This document shows, piece after piece, positions 10,705-23,189 of a stretch of DNA of 64,000 nt. The stretch is from Chiloscyllium plagiosum (taxonomy: Eukaryota). The notes below the pieces were generated by a model. That model was not told the origin of the DNA and did no database searches. It saw nothing but the letters and a program-made list of their open reading frames with translations. The stretch spans positions 81,764,850 to 81,828,849 of the forward strand of contig NC_057719.1 of the NCBI RefSeq assembly GCF_004010195.1. Reading direction: 5' to 3'. The position numbers and the translations under genes were made by a program. The first letter of the stretch is position 1; each line of letters opens with the position of its first letter.

Positions 10705-12037
10705 TTGACAAATAGAATTAAGGAGAATCCAAAGGGCTTTTACAAATATATTAAGGTCAAAAGGCTAACTAGGGCCCCTCAAAGATCAGCAAGGCGGCCT
10801 TTGTGTGGAGCCACAGAAAATGGGGGAGATACTAAATGAATGTTTTGCATCAGTATTTACTGTGGAAAAGGATATGGAAGATATAGACTAGGGAAATAGA
10901 TGATGACATCTTGCAAAATGTCCAGATTACAGAAGAGGAAGTGCTGGATGTCTTGAAACAGTTAAAGGTGGATAAATCCCCAGGACCTGATCAGGTGTAC
11001 CCGAGAACTCTGTGGGAAGTTAGAGAAGTGATCGCTGGGTCTGTTGCTGAGATATTTGTATCATCGATAGTCACAGGTGAGGTACCGGAAGACTAAAGGT
11101 TGGCAAACGTGATGCCACTGTTTAAGAAGGGTGGTAAAGACAAGCCAGGGAACTATAGACCATTGAGTCTGACCTCAGGGCAAGTTGTTGGAGGGAATCC
11201 TGAGGGACAGGATGTCCTTGTATTTGGAAAGGCAAGGACTGATTAGGGATAGTCAACATGGCTTTGTGCATGGGAAATCATGTCTCACAAACTTGATTGA
11301 GTTTTTTGAAGAAGTAACAAAGAAGATTGATGAGGGCAGAGCAGTAGATGTGATCTATATGGACTTCAGTAAGGCGTTCGACAAGGTTCCCCATGGGAGA
11401 TTGATTAGCAATGTTAGATCTTATGGAATACAGGGAGAACTAGCCATTTGGATACAGAACTGGCTCAAAGATAGAAGACAGAAGGTGGTGGTGGAGGATT
11501 GTTTTTCAGACTGGAGGACTGTGACCAGTGGAGTGCCACAAGGATCGGTGCTGGGTCCTCTACTTTTTGTCATTTACATAAATGATTTGGATGCGAGCAT
11601 AAGACGTACAGTTAGTAAGTTTGCAGATGACACCAAAATTGGAGGTGTAGTGGACAGCAAAGAGGGTCTCCTCAGATTACAACAGGATCTGGACCAGATG
11701 GGCCAATGGGCTGAGAAGTGGCAGATGGAGTTTAATTCAGATAAATGTGAGGTGCTGCATTTGCGAAAGCAAATCTTAGCAGGACTTACACACTTAATGG
11801 TAAGGTCCTAGGGAGTGTTGCTGAACAAAGAGACCTTGGAGTGCAGGTTCATAGCTCCTTGAAAGTGGAGTCACAGGTAGATAGGATAGTGAAGAAGGCA
11901 TTTGGTATGCTTTCCTTTCTTCGTCAGAGTATTGAGTACAGGAGTTGGGAGGTCATGTTGCGGCTGTACAGGACATTGGTTAGGCCACTGTTGGAATTTT
12001 GCGTGTAATTCTGGTCTCCTTCCTATCGGAAAGATGT
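10705..12037 (+). mobile_element. CR1 LINE ORF2 RT fragment (stops and frameshifts)
   Basis: ORFs 10911-11096 and 11185-11811: KSPGPD, QHGFVHGKSCLTNL, DFSKAFDKVPH, SGVPQGSVLGPLLF, SKFADDTK. Confidence 0.95.
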
Positions 12038-12249
12038 ACAGGCCCCATCTATCCCAGAACCAGTCCAAATACCCGAGAAATTTAATGGCCTCCCTCCAAC
12101 ACCATTTCAATAGCCACATGTTCATTTATACTTCTTTCTGATTTCCATACACAGAGGCATGTGGCATACGTTTTTTTATTCATTTGTGAGATGCGGGCGT
12201 GGCTGGCTGGCCAGCATTTATTGCCTGACCCTAGTTGCTCTTGACTACT

Positions 12250-12720
12250 GAGACTAACCCTGACAATACTGCCTTAGAGATCCTGCTTTTAAATCACTTT
12301 CTCAGCCATCTAAGACCGCATCCCTCTTTCTACCTATCTCTTTGATACCAATGTGGGCCACAATCTCAAGTCATTCACCATTCCCCAAAGGATTATCCTG
12401 CACCAGCTTTGGAGGCATCCTTGAACTTGGTTACCAGGGAGGCTACATGCAATCTTTGAGTCGCTTATTTTTATTTAATTCATGTATTTAATTCATGTGA
12501 GCAAGATAGACTCAAAAGGCTCCTTCAGATCTGCCTAAACATCTGAGACTGTCTGGCAGTTGCCCATTCTCTCTCATGGCTGCCCCACAGTGACTCCAGC
12601 TGTGACTCAGATTCCATAACGTGGAACTGATGACACCTCTTGCACATGTGGTTGTCTAACTTATGTGAAATATTTGTGACCCCCCATATTTCAAAAGATA
12701 TGCATTCCATGTGCCCAAGC
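12250..12720 (-). mobile_element. CR1 ORF1 remnant (zinc-finger/leucine-zipper and esterase parts)
   Basis: ORF 12525-12710 MECISFEIW...HMCKRCHQ resembles the CR1 ORF1 N-terminus. The adjacent sequence resembles the ORF1 end at 61400-61530. Confidence 0.6.
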
Positions 12721-13104
12721 AGGCCTGCAATGCCATAATTTTACTTATATTAACTTTATTTTACTCTGCTTGCCTTTACCTGTGCATACACTGTTTAGGA
12801 CCTGTGTCTTCATCTGCCAGTCCTGAAACTCTGAAATGCTCTTCCTAACCGTTTTTGAATCTTTATCTCTGACTCTTCCTTTAGGATATTTCTTAAAACA
12901 ATCTCTTTGTCCAATATTTCATGATAGCTCACTACTCTGCTCACGGTTAAACCTTGTTTGAGAATGACATTGCAAAAAGCATAAACTCTTCTCAGGCAAT
13001 TCCTCAGAATTAAGAATTAGTCCTGTCTATACTGGTTTAATAGCTTCTGAGGTGGTTCAAAAGTCCAGTGCATGATTTGTAGACCTACGTCTATGCAGGA
13101 CAGA

Positions 13105-14305
13105 TGATGTTGAGATGTTTGAGTAGATGAGTTATTGGGAGGTTTGAGTAGATGAATTCTTGTGGCATTTGTGTAGATGAGTTATTGGGAGGTTTGGGTA
13201 GATGAGATGTTGTGACATTTGTATAAATGAGTTATTGGGGGGTTTGTGCAGATGAATTATTTGGGATGTTTCTGTAATGATTCCTTGGGAGTTTTGAGTA
13301 TTTTGGAGGATTGGGTAGATGGGTATTTGAGTGCTTTCGGTCAAGAGTTGTTGGAAGTCCTTGGGTTGATGAGTCATTGGGAGGTTTGTGTAGATGATTT
13401 GTTGGGATGTTTGCTTTGATGAGTTCTTGGTAGGTTTTCTGGGACGAGTTGCTGCAGTTTGTATTGATGTGTTGTTGGAAACCTTTTGAAGATGAGCTCT
13501 TGATAAGTTTATGTCGATGAGTTGTTGGGAAGTTTGGAAAGATGAGCAGTTGTCTGGGTATGGAAGACAAGTTGTGCGGTTTGGGTAAATGAGTTGTTTG
13601 GACAATTGTGTAGATAAGTTGGGAGATTTGTGTAAATGAGTTGAGAGGTTTGGGTAAATGAATTCTTGGGTGGTTTGGTTAGATGAGTTGTTGGAAACTT
13701 TGAGTAAATGAATTGTTGCAAACTTTGTGCAGATGATTTGTTTGGAGGTCTAGACAGATGAATTGTTGGGAGGATTGGGTAGATGATTTGTTGGGAATTT
13801 GAGTAGATGAGATATTGGGAGTTTTGAAGATATGTGCTGTTGGGTGGGTGCTGATGAGTTGTCAGGAGATTTATAGCGATGTGTTGCTGAGATTTGTGTA
13901 GGTGTGTTATTGGGAGGTTTGTTTAGATGAGTTGTTGCAAAGCTTCAGTAGATACATTTTTGGGAACTTTGGTTAGATGAGTTGCTGGGAGGTTTCAATC
14001 AGTACGTTGTTGCAAAGATTGGATAGATGAGATGTTTGGATGTTGCAGATGAATTGTTTGGAACTTGGTGTCGATGAGTTATTGAATGACTAAAGTTGTT
14101 GTAATTCTATGAGATGTTGGGAGTTTTGAGTAATTGAGTTGTTGAGAGCTCGATGTAGATTATTTGTTGGAAAGTCTGGATAGATGGGTTGCTGGAAGGT
14201 TTGTTTTGATACATTATTGGGAGGTTTGTGTAAATGAGTTGTTTGGAGGTTTGTGTGAATGAGTTGTTGGAAGGTCTGGATCAAAGAGTTGTTGAAAGGT
14301 TTTGT
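13105..14305 (+). repeat. Degenerate 25-bp tandem satellite, roughly 48 units, G/T-rich on the plus strand
   Basis: Unit approximately TAGATGAGTTGTTGGGAGGTTTG(G/A)G repeated throughout. Accounts for the low-complexity ORFs at 13132-14396. Confidence 0.9.
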
Positions 14306-14873
14306 GCACTCTCTCAACCCCCTCAACTTTTGTTGTTATGTTTCTCAATGAGTATGGTACCTTCCTGAATGAACCTTCATTATTCTGACATATCATGAGC
14401 CAGTGACTCCCAGGAGTTGTGTATGTCTGACCTCTTCAGGATACTTTGACATCACTCCTAAAGCACTTGTGTTTCTTACTGGGAGTCCCGTGCCTTGACC
14501 AACTTACAAGGTGTGCAGTTTTTTCAGGTGACTGGGTTCTAAGTGGGAACATGCCGTACCCTGTAGAGCTAGTTTATTTTTATTGGCTAATTGCTGGACA
14601 GGTTAGTTTGGGAGAGGATGCTGCTGTTGGACCACTGTCCTTGTCAATGGATTGGAAGGTTTCTTGAAGGGCTTCATTGATTATACTTCTGCTGTGTTTT
14701 GAGGTACCTTCTCTCTGTTGTCCATGACTGTGAAGCATATATTTCGCTATCTTGAAGTTGCTGTTTAAATGCATGTAGTTGCTTGCCATGTTGATTATGT
14801 AAGGCTGTTTTTGTAAGTGCTTTGGGAAACACTGCAATTGTGAAAAACTCTGTTTAAATGCTTTTTTGCTTCA

Positions 14874-15378
14874 AAGAACAAAGAAAATTACAGCACAGGA
14901 ACAGGCCCTTCAGCCCTCCAAGCCTGCACCGATCCAGATCCTCTATCTAAACCTGTCGCTTACTTTCTAAGGATCTGTATCCCTCTGTTCCCTGCCCATT
15001 CATGTATCTGTCTAGATGCATCTTAAATGACACTATCATGCCCACCTCTACCACTTCCGCTGGCAAGGCATTCGAGGCACCCACCACCCTCTGCATAAAG
15101 AACTTTCCACGCAGATCTCCCTGAAACATTTCCCTCTCACCTTGAACTTGTGACCTCTAGTATTTGAGTCCCCCACTCTGGGAAAAAGCTTCTTGCTATC
15201 CACCATGTGTATACCTCTCATGATTTTGTAGACCTCAATCAGGCACCCCCTCAACCTCCATCTTTCAAACAAAAATAATCCTAATCTACTCAACCTCTCT
15301 TCATAGCTAGTGCCCTCCATACCAGGCAACATCCTGGTGAACCTCCTCTGCACCCTCTCCAAAGCAACCACATCCTTC
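14874..15378 (-). mobile_element. CR1 LINE 3' end
   Basis: ORF 15048-15371 [14 protein letters not shown]...YEERLSRLGLF plus 3'UTR and tail. Confidence 0.9.
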
Positions 15379-16516
15379 CTATTCCTATATCCTCTAATCT
15401 TGTTTCAGCTAAATATTTATACAAGATGCTGCATAAGTTTACAAAATAGAATCTACCTCAATTAATTTTGCTGGCAGTCTGTTCCACATGTCCACAATTC
15501 TATGAGGAAATCAAAAACGATTTCCACATTATCTGAGGCCAAGCAAGGTTCTTGGAAGCGTCATCAGCCAGAGATGAAATCTTTGAGGCATGGATTAAGA
15601 AGGATGAAAATGGCTGAAGAATGGGATAGCTGGAATGTGATGAAACTGAAGTGGTGGAGTGAACATGGAATCTGACGTCCTGGACTGGGATGGGGTGGGG
15701 AGGAGTTCTTAAAGATATAGTATGAATGGGAATGGTGGTGGCCACAGAATCCTGGATTGTGGAAGGGCAATATCAAAAGGCTGGACTACATGGTGCATCC
15801 AATTCAGGCATGAATCGGTTCACCCATCCCCTGACACAAGTGCTGGGTCTATCTGTGTGCTTTCTAAGCTACAGTCTGAAAGCAGGATTACTAGAGTCTT
15901 CTGTTACAATGCAAAGACATTCCTTAATCTACAAGAACTTATTGCTTTTGGTTTCCCTTTCCATTCTCGATGATATTTGTGGATCAGAGATTCAAATTGG
16001 CCTCAGCATTGCTCTGAGATCCATTGCTAACCGTGGTTTTCCATATTCATTATCCTCTGCAGGATGGCTTCTTGCCAACCACTGCACAATGCAGGAGGCA
16101 GCTGGGGGGAATGAGGGAAGGATCAAGTTTGACTAACAGAGCACTATATTTCCCTGGCATGTCAGCAGATTGCTAATATTTCAGCCCACTGAATTTTTCA
16201 GGAAAGCCAAGTTCTAGAAAACTAACTCCAGTGCTGGGAGCACCCTTGCGAATATTTTCTTTCTTGCTCGTCTGCTGTCAACGGTAGCTCTTCCAGCGAG
16301 AGTGAAGAGAGAAATCTGAAGGGGGAGCAGTGTGAGAGTGTAGCGGATAACAGCGGGAAAACCAGAGGTGACCAAGTGCTTTTTAATGAGGTCTGGAAGA
16401 GCGGGATACTTGGTGGTCCAGTCTGATTAAACACCAGGGAAATATCAGTTCCCTGACATCTTGTTGAGTTTTTAAGGTAAAGGATGAAGCAGCCAACATG
16501 GCACCTGGTGAGCCAC

Positions 16517-16910
16517 AGAGTCACAGAACCACAATGGTGTAGAAGGAGACCATTTGGCCCATCATGCCTGTACTTGCTCTATTACCTAGTGCCAATCTCC
16601 AGCCTTTCCCCATATCCCTGTATGCCATTACTATCCAAACAGTTCTCCCATGACTTCCTCAATTAAATCTGCCTCCACCACTCATTTCCAGGCAGTGCAT
16701 TCCAGACTCACCATGTGAAAGAATTATTTTCTCACATCACCCTTGCTTCATTTGCGCAACACTTTAAGTCTATGCCCTCTCGTTCTTCTTTTTTCCACTT
16801 GCAAACAGGAACAGCTTTTCCCTGTCTACTCTGTCCAGCCCAGTCATGATTCTGAAAACTCTCAGCCTTCTCTTCAAGGAAAACAGTCCCAACTTCTTCA
16901 ATCTACGAAC
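16517..16910 (-). mobile_element. CR1 LINE 3' fragment
   Basis: RRLKKLGLFSLKRRLR...LDRVDREKLF in ORF 16770-17027. Confidence 0.8.
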
Positions 16911-17769
16911 ATCACTGTTACACAGGAAATACATGCCTCCTATTTCCCAGCAGTTTAAATGGGAGAGGTGCTCCAAACAATGTTGCTCAATCTTTGGATT
17001 GGAGGTGAAGTTCTGTCTTCTCCTCACTCCTGGAGCTCATCATTCACTAGCAGCAGGATAATAAGTTTTCAGGGGTGTTCACGGGCAAGAAATAGTGCAC
17101 AGATAAAATATTGGACTACCAAGATGGCAGTTCTGGTCATCAGGTTCTCAAAGAGCACGATGGTTAGGTTAGCAAGAAGGAGGACTGAGTAGTTGGGTCC
17201 TCTAAAAGCAGTACAGCAAGGAGCTGACACATATAGGGGCATGGGTGGAAGGAAGTGTCTAAAGAAAGCCTGTTTCTGGCCTACAGAGCAGTGGCCCCAT
17301 CCTATGTGTCCAAAGGAGACAGCTTTACCACACTTGGCAGGTCAAAATTCAGGGAAGGGATGTCACACTTGAAGCAAGTTAAGGCTGGTTTGACTGTAGA
17401 AGAGGCCAATAGTAGCCTGACAGAGTCTGGATAGAAAGTAAAAGCAGGTCAAGTCTAATGGAAAGTGGTAGTCCAAAGGTCAATGATGAGGGTGAGAGAG
17501 TTAAGCGTCAACATTGTGAGTTGAGGTTGTTGGCTGGATGCTTCAGGTTGATTGTGGGAAGGAGTGTAGTGATGCTGGACGGTTTAAGAACAACAGGAGG
17601 TAAGCTTGAGGATGACGTGGAGGGCTGGAGGTGATTGAATTCCAGCTGCAGGGTCACTGTGCTCATGTCCATCACATTGCTACGAAGAAACTGTTACTTC
17701 ACTAGAGATCAGGGTAATGTAGGAGGAAACCACTTTGGAAGTGGGGGAGAAGGTAGTCCTTGATGAGGC

Positions 17770-18330
17770 CAATGGACATGTCACGCATTCCCAATGGTCA
17801 ACAATGGTCAAACAGAGAGAGTTATTGACTGCACTCACAAGCTTCTTGGGAGTTTATAAGTCGGAAGGGGGTTTTTCTCCTCAAAATTCAACTAGTCTAT
17901 GAGCACTAGAAAAAAATTATGAAAGCATCTGTTTGTTTTCCAGGGAGCTCTCATGATTCACACAACTTAAGGAATTCCTAGCTTTTGTTGTGACTCGAGA
18001 CCCTGTCAAAAGACAAGGTTAGACACTAAGTGACAAAGGCTAATCCATGGGCTCTTGACAGCAATACATAATCCCCACAAGAACGGTAATGCAGCATGCT
18101 ACTCAACAAGAGATAGTTGACAACAGGACTGTTCAAAACCCACTTCAGATGCTTTGACTGGTCTGATGGAATTTTGCAATACATGCCCCTGAGGGTGTCC
18201 AGCATTTTCATCGTCCTCTGTGCCCTGCATCGTGTTGAATTACAAAGGGGATAAGAACTGTCAAACAAGGATATGGAGGAGTTGATAACCTCAGATGAGG
18301 GTGGCGTGAGGAATATGAGGATGAATATGG
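17770..18330 (+). mobile_element. PIF/Harbinger (HARBI1-like) transposase remnant
   Basis: Frameshifted motifs FISRKG...IQLVYEH, HDSH, DKG*P, FKTHFRCFDWSDGILQYMPLRVSSIFIVLCALH. These match the HARBI1-type DDE consensus (NRKG.HS.NVQ; HD; GD.GY; LK.RFRCLD.SGG.LQY.P; CC.LHN). Confidence 0.75.
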
Positions 18331-18437
18331 AGATCTCACAGTAGCTCACCATGCTAGGGCCATGTAAAGCTATGCCAGGGATGTCAGGGACAACCTTCTG
18401 TTCAATTGCTTTGACCTACAGTGGTGCACTTACTTTT

Positions 18438-19255
18438 TGAGTCATAGAGATGTACAGCACAGAGTCAAACCCTTCAGTCCAACTTGTCCATGCCAACCAG
18501 ATATCCTAAATTAATTTAGTTCCATTTGCCAGCCTTTGGCTCATATACTTCCAAATCCTTCCTATTCATATACCCATCCAGATGCCTTTTAAATGTTGGA
18601 ATTGTACCAGCCACTACCATCTTATTCCATACATGCACTACCCTCTGCATGAAAAAGTTGCTCCTTAGGTCCCTTTTAAATCTTTCCCCTATTCCATACA
18701 TGCACTACCCTCTGTGTGAAAAAGTTGCTCCTTTTAAATCTTTCCCCTCCCACCTTAAACCTATGTCCTCTAGTTTTGGACTGTCCCACCCAAGGAAAAT
18801 AATCTTGGGTTTTCACCCTATCCATGCCCCTCATGATTTTATAAACCTCTATAAGGCCACCCCTCAACCTCCCACAGTTCAGGGAAAATATCTCTAGCCT
18901 ATTCAACCTCTACCTACAGCTCAAATCTTCCAAGCCTAGCAACATTTTTGTAAATCTTTTCTGAACCCTGTCAGGTTTCACAACATCCTTCCTGTAATAG
19001 AGAGACCAGAATTACACACAGTATTCCATAAGTGGCCTAACCAATGTACTGTACAGCCATAACATGACCTCCCATCTCCTAACGTCAATGCACTGACTAA
19101 TAAACGAAAGCATACCAAACGCCTTCTTCACTGTCCTATCTACCTGCAACTCCATTTTCGAGAAACTATGAACCTGCACTCAAAGGTCTCTTTGTTCAGC
19201 AATACTCCCCAGGACCTTTCCATTAAGTATATAAGTCCTGCCCTGATTTGTTTCC
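18438..19255 (-). mobile_element. CR1 LINE 3' fragment with a ~65-bp internal tandem duplication
   Basis: ORF 18676-18906 RLRGGLIEVYKIMRGMDRV. The segment attccatacatgcactaccctctg...aaatctttcccct is duplicated at about 18624 and 18691. Confidence 0.9.
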
Positions 19256-19594
19256 TTGTCTGCCATGTTTCATCTGCATTTACCTCAACACACATTCCCT
19301 CTACTGCTGAAAGCCCAAAGGGAATGGACCTTTCTCAAAGTGCCAGCTTTCCAGTGGCACTTACAGCAATAAGGCTATCATGTTCCTCCCTACACATTTT
19401 GTCAAGCCACGACTTAGCTGAATCACATCACTTCTCATTCTCATCAGTGACCTGGTCAATTGACCATGATTCTGGCTCACCAGGGAAGGCCGGCTGTTGC
19501 TGCATGTTCAGCAATGTAACATTGCCTTGAAAATACAAATCACACCACAAGTGTGGGCACCCAATAAACACTGACTTCTTGCACATCATCACGG

Positions 19595-20345
19595 TATTAT
19601 CCAGATCTTGCTGCATTTCAACATGGACTGTTTCAGTATCTGAGGAGTCGTGAATAGTGCTGAACAATTGTGCGATCATTGGTGAACATCCCCACTTCTG
19701 ACCTTATATTGGAGGGCAGGTCATTAATGAAGATGGTTGGGCCCAGGATACTATTCTGAGGAGCGTCTGCACAGATGACCTAGAACTGAGATGACTGGCA
19801 TCCAACGACCATGACCATCTTCCTATGTGCACATATGACTCTAAACAGCGGAGAGATTTCCCTGTGATTCTCACTGACTCCAGTTTTGGGTGGGATCCTT
19901 GATGTTGCATTTAGTCAAATGCAGCCTTGATGTCAAGGGCTGTCATTCTCACCTCACGTCTGGAATTCAGCTCTTTTGTCCATGTTTGAACTAAGGCTGT
20001 AATGAGGTCAGAAGCTAAGTGGCCTTGGCGGAACCCAAACTAGGCATCACTGAGCATGTTATTGCGGAGCAGATGCTGCTTGATAGCACTGTTGATGACA
20101 CCTTCCATCACTTTACTGATGATCGAGAGTAGATTGATGGGGTGGTAATTGGCGAGGTTGGATTTGCGCTGCTTTTTATGTACCAGACATACCTGAACAA
20201 TTTTCCACATTGTTGGGTAGGAGCCAGAGCTGTAACTGTACAGGAAGAGCTTGGCTAGGGGTTTGAAAAGTTCTGGAACACAAGCCTTCTGTACTTCTAC
20301 CAGAATATTGCCAGTACCCCCAGCTGTTTCTTGATATCAAGTGGG
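19595..20345 (-). mobile_element. CR1/L2-clade LINE RT fragment
   Basis: Reverse-complement homologue of 4075-5125 (DSSDTETVHVEMQQDLDN). Confidence 0.8.
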
Positions 20346-20364
20346 GTGAATTGGATTGGCAACA

Positions 20365-21200
20365 ACGGGATATAGAAAGGTGAACAAATGAGCATTAATC
20401 TGGCAGATGGAATATAATGTGGAAAAATGTGAAGTTAGACACTTAGGCAGGAAAAAGAGAGGAACCGTATGTTATTTAAATGGAAACGACTGCAGAATGG
20501 AGGAATTTGGGAGTCACAAAAAGCTAACGTCCAAATTCAGCAGGTAATGAAGAAGGCAAATGGAATGTCAACCTTTATTCATAGGGTTTGGGGTATAACC
20601 GTTGGAAAGTCTTGTTAAAACTGTACAAGGCACTCATTAGACTGCAACTGAAATACTCTGAACAATTTTGGGCCCGTTATCTAAGGAAAGAGAGACTGGC
20701 ATTGGAGGCAGTCAGAAAAGATCCACTAAGTTGATCTCAGATATGGAGGGACTGTCGAATGAGGAGACATTAAGTAGATTGGGTTTGCACTCATTGGAGT
20801 TTAGAAGAATGAGAGGTGACCTTATTGAAATATATAAAATGCTTAGGAAACTTGACAGAGTAGATTTGGCAAGGTGGTTTCCCCTTGTGGGAGAGTCTAG
20901 GACCAGAGGGCACAGTCTTAGATTAAGGGGACACACATTTAAGACAGAGGTGAAGAGGAATTGTTTTCTCTCTGAGCATATTGAATCTGCAGAATTCTTT
21001 ACTGCAGGAGGCTGTCAAGGGTATGTTGATAAATATATTAAAGGCTGAGATAGACAGACTTTTAATCAGTAGGGGAATCAAGGGTTATAGGGAAAAGGCA
21101 GGAAAGTGGAGTTAAGGATTATCAGATCAGTCATGATCTCATTGAGGAGCAAACTCAATGGCCTGAAGGCTGACCACTGCTCCTATGTCTTACGATCTTA
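20365..21200 (+). mobile_element. CR1 LINE 3' fragment
   Basis: ORF 20668-21048 LSRLGLHSLEFRRMRGDLIEIYKML...SRTRGHSL. Confidence 0.9.
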
Positions 21201-21639
21201 TTATGGTGCTGATGTGTTGATACAAGGTTGGAAGAGTTCTCACTCTGCTGACTAGATAGTTCAAACCTCACTATCTGGAACTCCTGTACACCAGCTACCT
21301 CCAAGGCCTCCTGCTACAAGTCGTGATTGTGCTCAGCTCGGCCTTCCCTGCTCTGGGCTTAGTCTCTCTGCCAGTCTCCTTGTCTTGTCTAACAAAGTGA
21401 AGACGTACTGATGTGTAAATAGATACCTACTCCCCTTATCCCTATGCAGCCCATGCCAAACACTGACCACTTTATAACTGGTGAGTGATGATACTTTATC
21501 TTGTGCAATAACTGTCCCATAGACTGGTCTCTATCATTGTGTGGCACTGAGGATAACCACCATTTTACAGCCAGTCCTCTCTGTCTGCTTACTAAGTCTC
21601 TTGGACCCATGAAATATGGTTTAATAGAACAATATTGAC

Positions 21640-21930
21640 CCTGGAAGAGCTTGTTCATCAGTTTGCAGCACCAGAATCATGCTTATTGCTGGATCCCACG
21701 CCTGTACCTCCTCTGCAATCTCCATCCAGGCTGCACTGGTGAAACAGGAGTGTGTTGTGTTGCATCTCCCACATGGCCAGGATACCTGTGCATGGAGTGT
21801 CACTAAACCCTGGGCCATTCATTGGCTGTGGTGGCATATCTTTGCGAATAGGAATGGGGAGCGACAGGGATTCAGAAGGAGAGCTCTGCAGATGGAATGG
21901 GTGGAGGTTACTCATTACAAAGTGTTACAG
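21640..21930 (-). mobile_element. Harbinger-type Myb/SANT-like ORF remnant
   Basis: AAWMEIAEEV followed after a frameshift by MNKLF resembles the trihelix Myb/SANT W..IA.EV...Q.R.K.NDL pattern. A similar, weaker remnant lies at about 16100-16350. Confidence 0.45.
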
Positions 21931-22006
21931 GGGATGAAGGGTCTTTTATAGCCTGCCCTGCCCAGAATTGAATCAACTGGTGACAGGCCAGGATCCCTGC
22001 TTCTTA

Positions 22007-22287
22007 GAATCATAGAATTCCTGCAGTGTGGGAACAGGCCATTCGGCCTATTGAGGCCACACCCACCCTCCTAAAAGGATCCCTATGAACCTGCATTTCC
22101 CATGGCCAATCCACCTAACCTGCACATTTTTGGACTGTGGAAGGAAACCGGAACATCGGATGGAAACCCATGCATACACGGAGAGTATGTGTAAACTCCA
22201 CACAGACAGTCTACCAAGGGTGGAATCAAATCCAGCTTCCTGGCTTGTGAGGCAGCAGTGCTAACCACAGACATACTGTGCCACCCC
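22007..22287 (-). mobile_element. HE1-like tRNA-derived V-SINE
   Basis: Reverse strand ggcacagt...tggttagcactgctgcctcaca...ctgtctgtgtggagttt...tccacagtccaaaaatgtgcagg: tRNA head plus V-domain. Confidence 0.9.
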
Positions 22288-22789
22288 TCCACAATTTAAC
22301 ACAGGGCACATACCCTGCACACACACTTAAAATTGATTTTATGTTCTCAACTAGCAATTGATTGGGGGAGGGGGTAGGTGGGCACTTCTCATTGTGATAA
22401 TGTCACTGGATGTGTAATCCAGGTTGTAGGGTGCATGGGTTGAAATGCCATCATGACAGCTAGAAGATTGAAAATTATATTGATTATGACCATGAAACCA
22501 TTGTCAATTATGATTTTTAAAAACCCATCTGGTTCACTTATCCCTGTAAGAGAAAGGAAATCTGCCATCCTCACCTGGCTTGTGCTAAAGTGACTCCAAA
22601 TACACAGCAGCAGAATTGAATCTGAACCACCCCCTGAAAAGACTAAGTGAGTCAGTTCAAGAGCAATCAGGTTAGGGATGGGTGATAATACTAGCCTCAC
22701 CAGCGATGCCCACATCCCACAAAGAATAAGAAAAGTAAAACTCCCAGTCTGTTCATGAAGGTTATACTCCTCTGATTAAATTCTGCTCA

Positions 22790-23170
22790 GAGTGGGGGAG
22801 AGAGACTGGAGAGTGGGGAGAGTAGGTGAGGGTGGGAAGAGTATGAGGGTGGGGAGAGTAAGTGAGAATGGGAGGTATGAGTGAGGGCGATAGAATAAGC
22901 CGATATTGGGGTGTCAGTGAAGGTGGAGAGTGTCACTGAGGGTGGAGTATGTCAGTGAGAGTGGAGTGAGTGAATGAGAGTGGAGTGTGAGTGAGGGTGG
23001 AGTGTGTCAGTGAAGTTGGAATGAGTCAGTGAGGGTGGAGTGTGTTAGTAGGATGGGGAGTGTAAGAGAGTGTGGAGTATGTCAGTGAGGGTGGAGTGTG
23101 ACAGTGAGGGTAGAGCGAATCAGTGAGGGTAGAGTGACTCAATGAGGATGGAGTGTCTCAGTGAGAGCAG
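22790..23170 (+). repeat. Degenerate ~19-bp minisatellite (gtcagtgagggtggagtgt)
   Basis: Visible tandem units with strong G skew. Confidence 0.85.
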
Positions 23171-23189
23171 TGAGCCAGAATATAAACCC

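Noticed and set aside
13132..14396. Long Q/T/N/P-rich ORFs; array superficially CRISPR-like
   Set aside because: These are translations of a 25-bp satellite. There are no unique spacers or cas genes and the context is eukaryotic.
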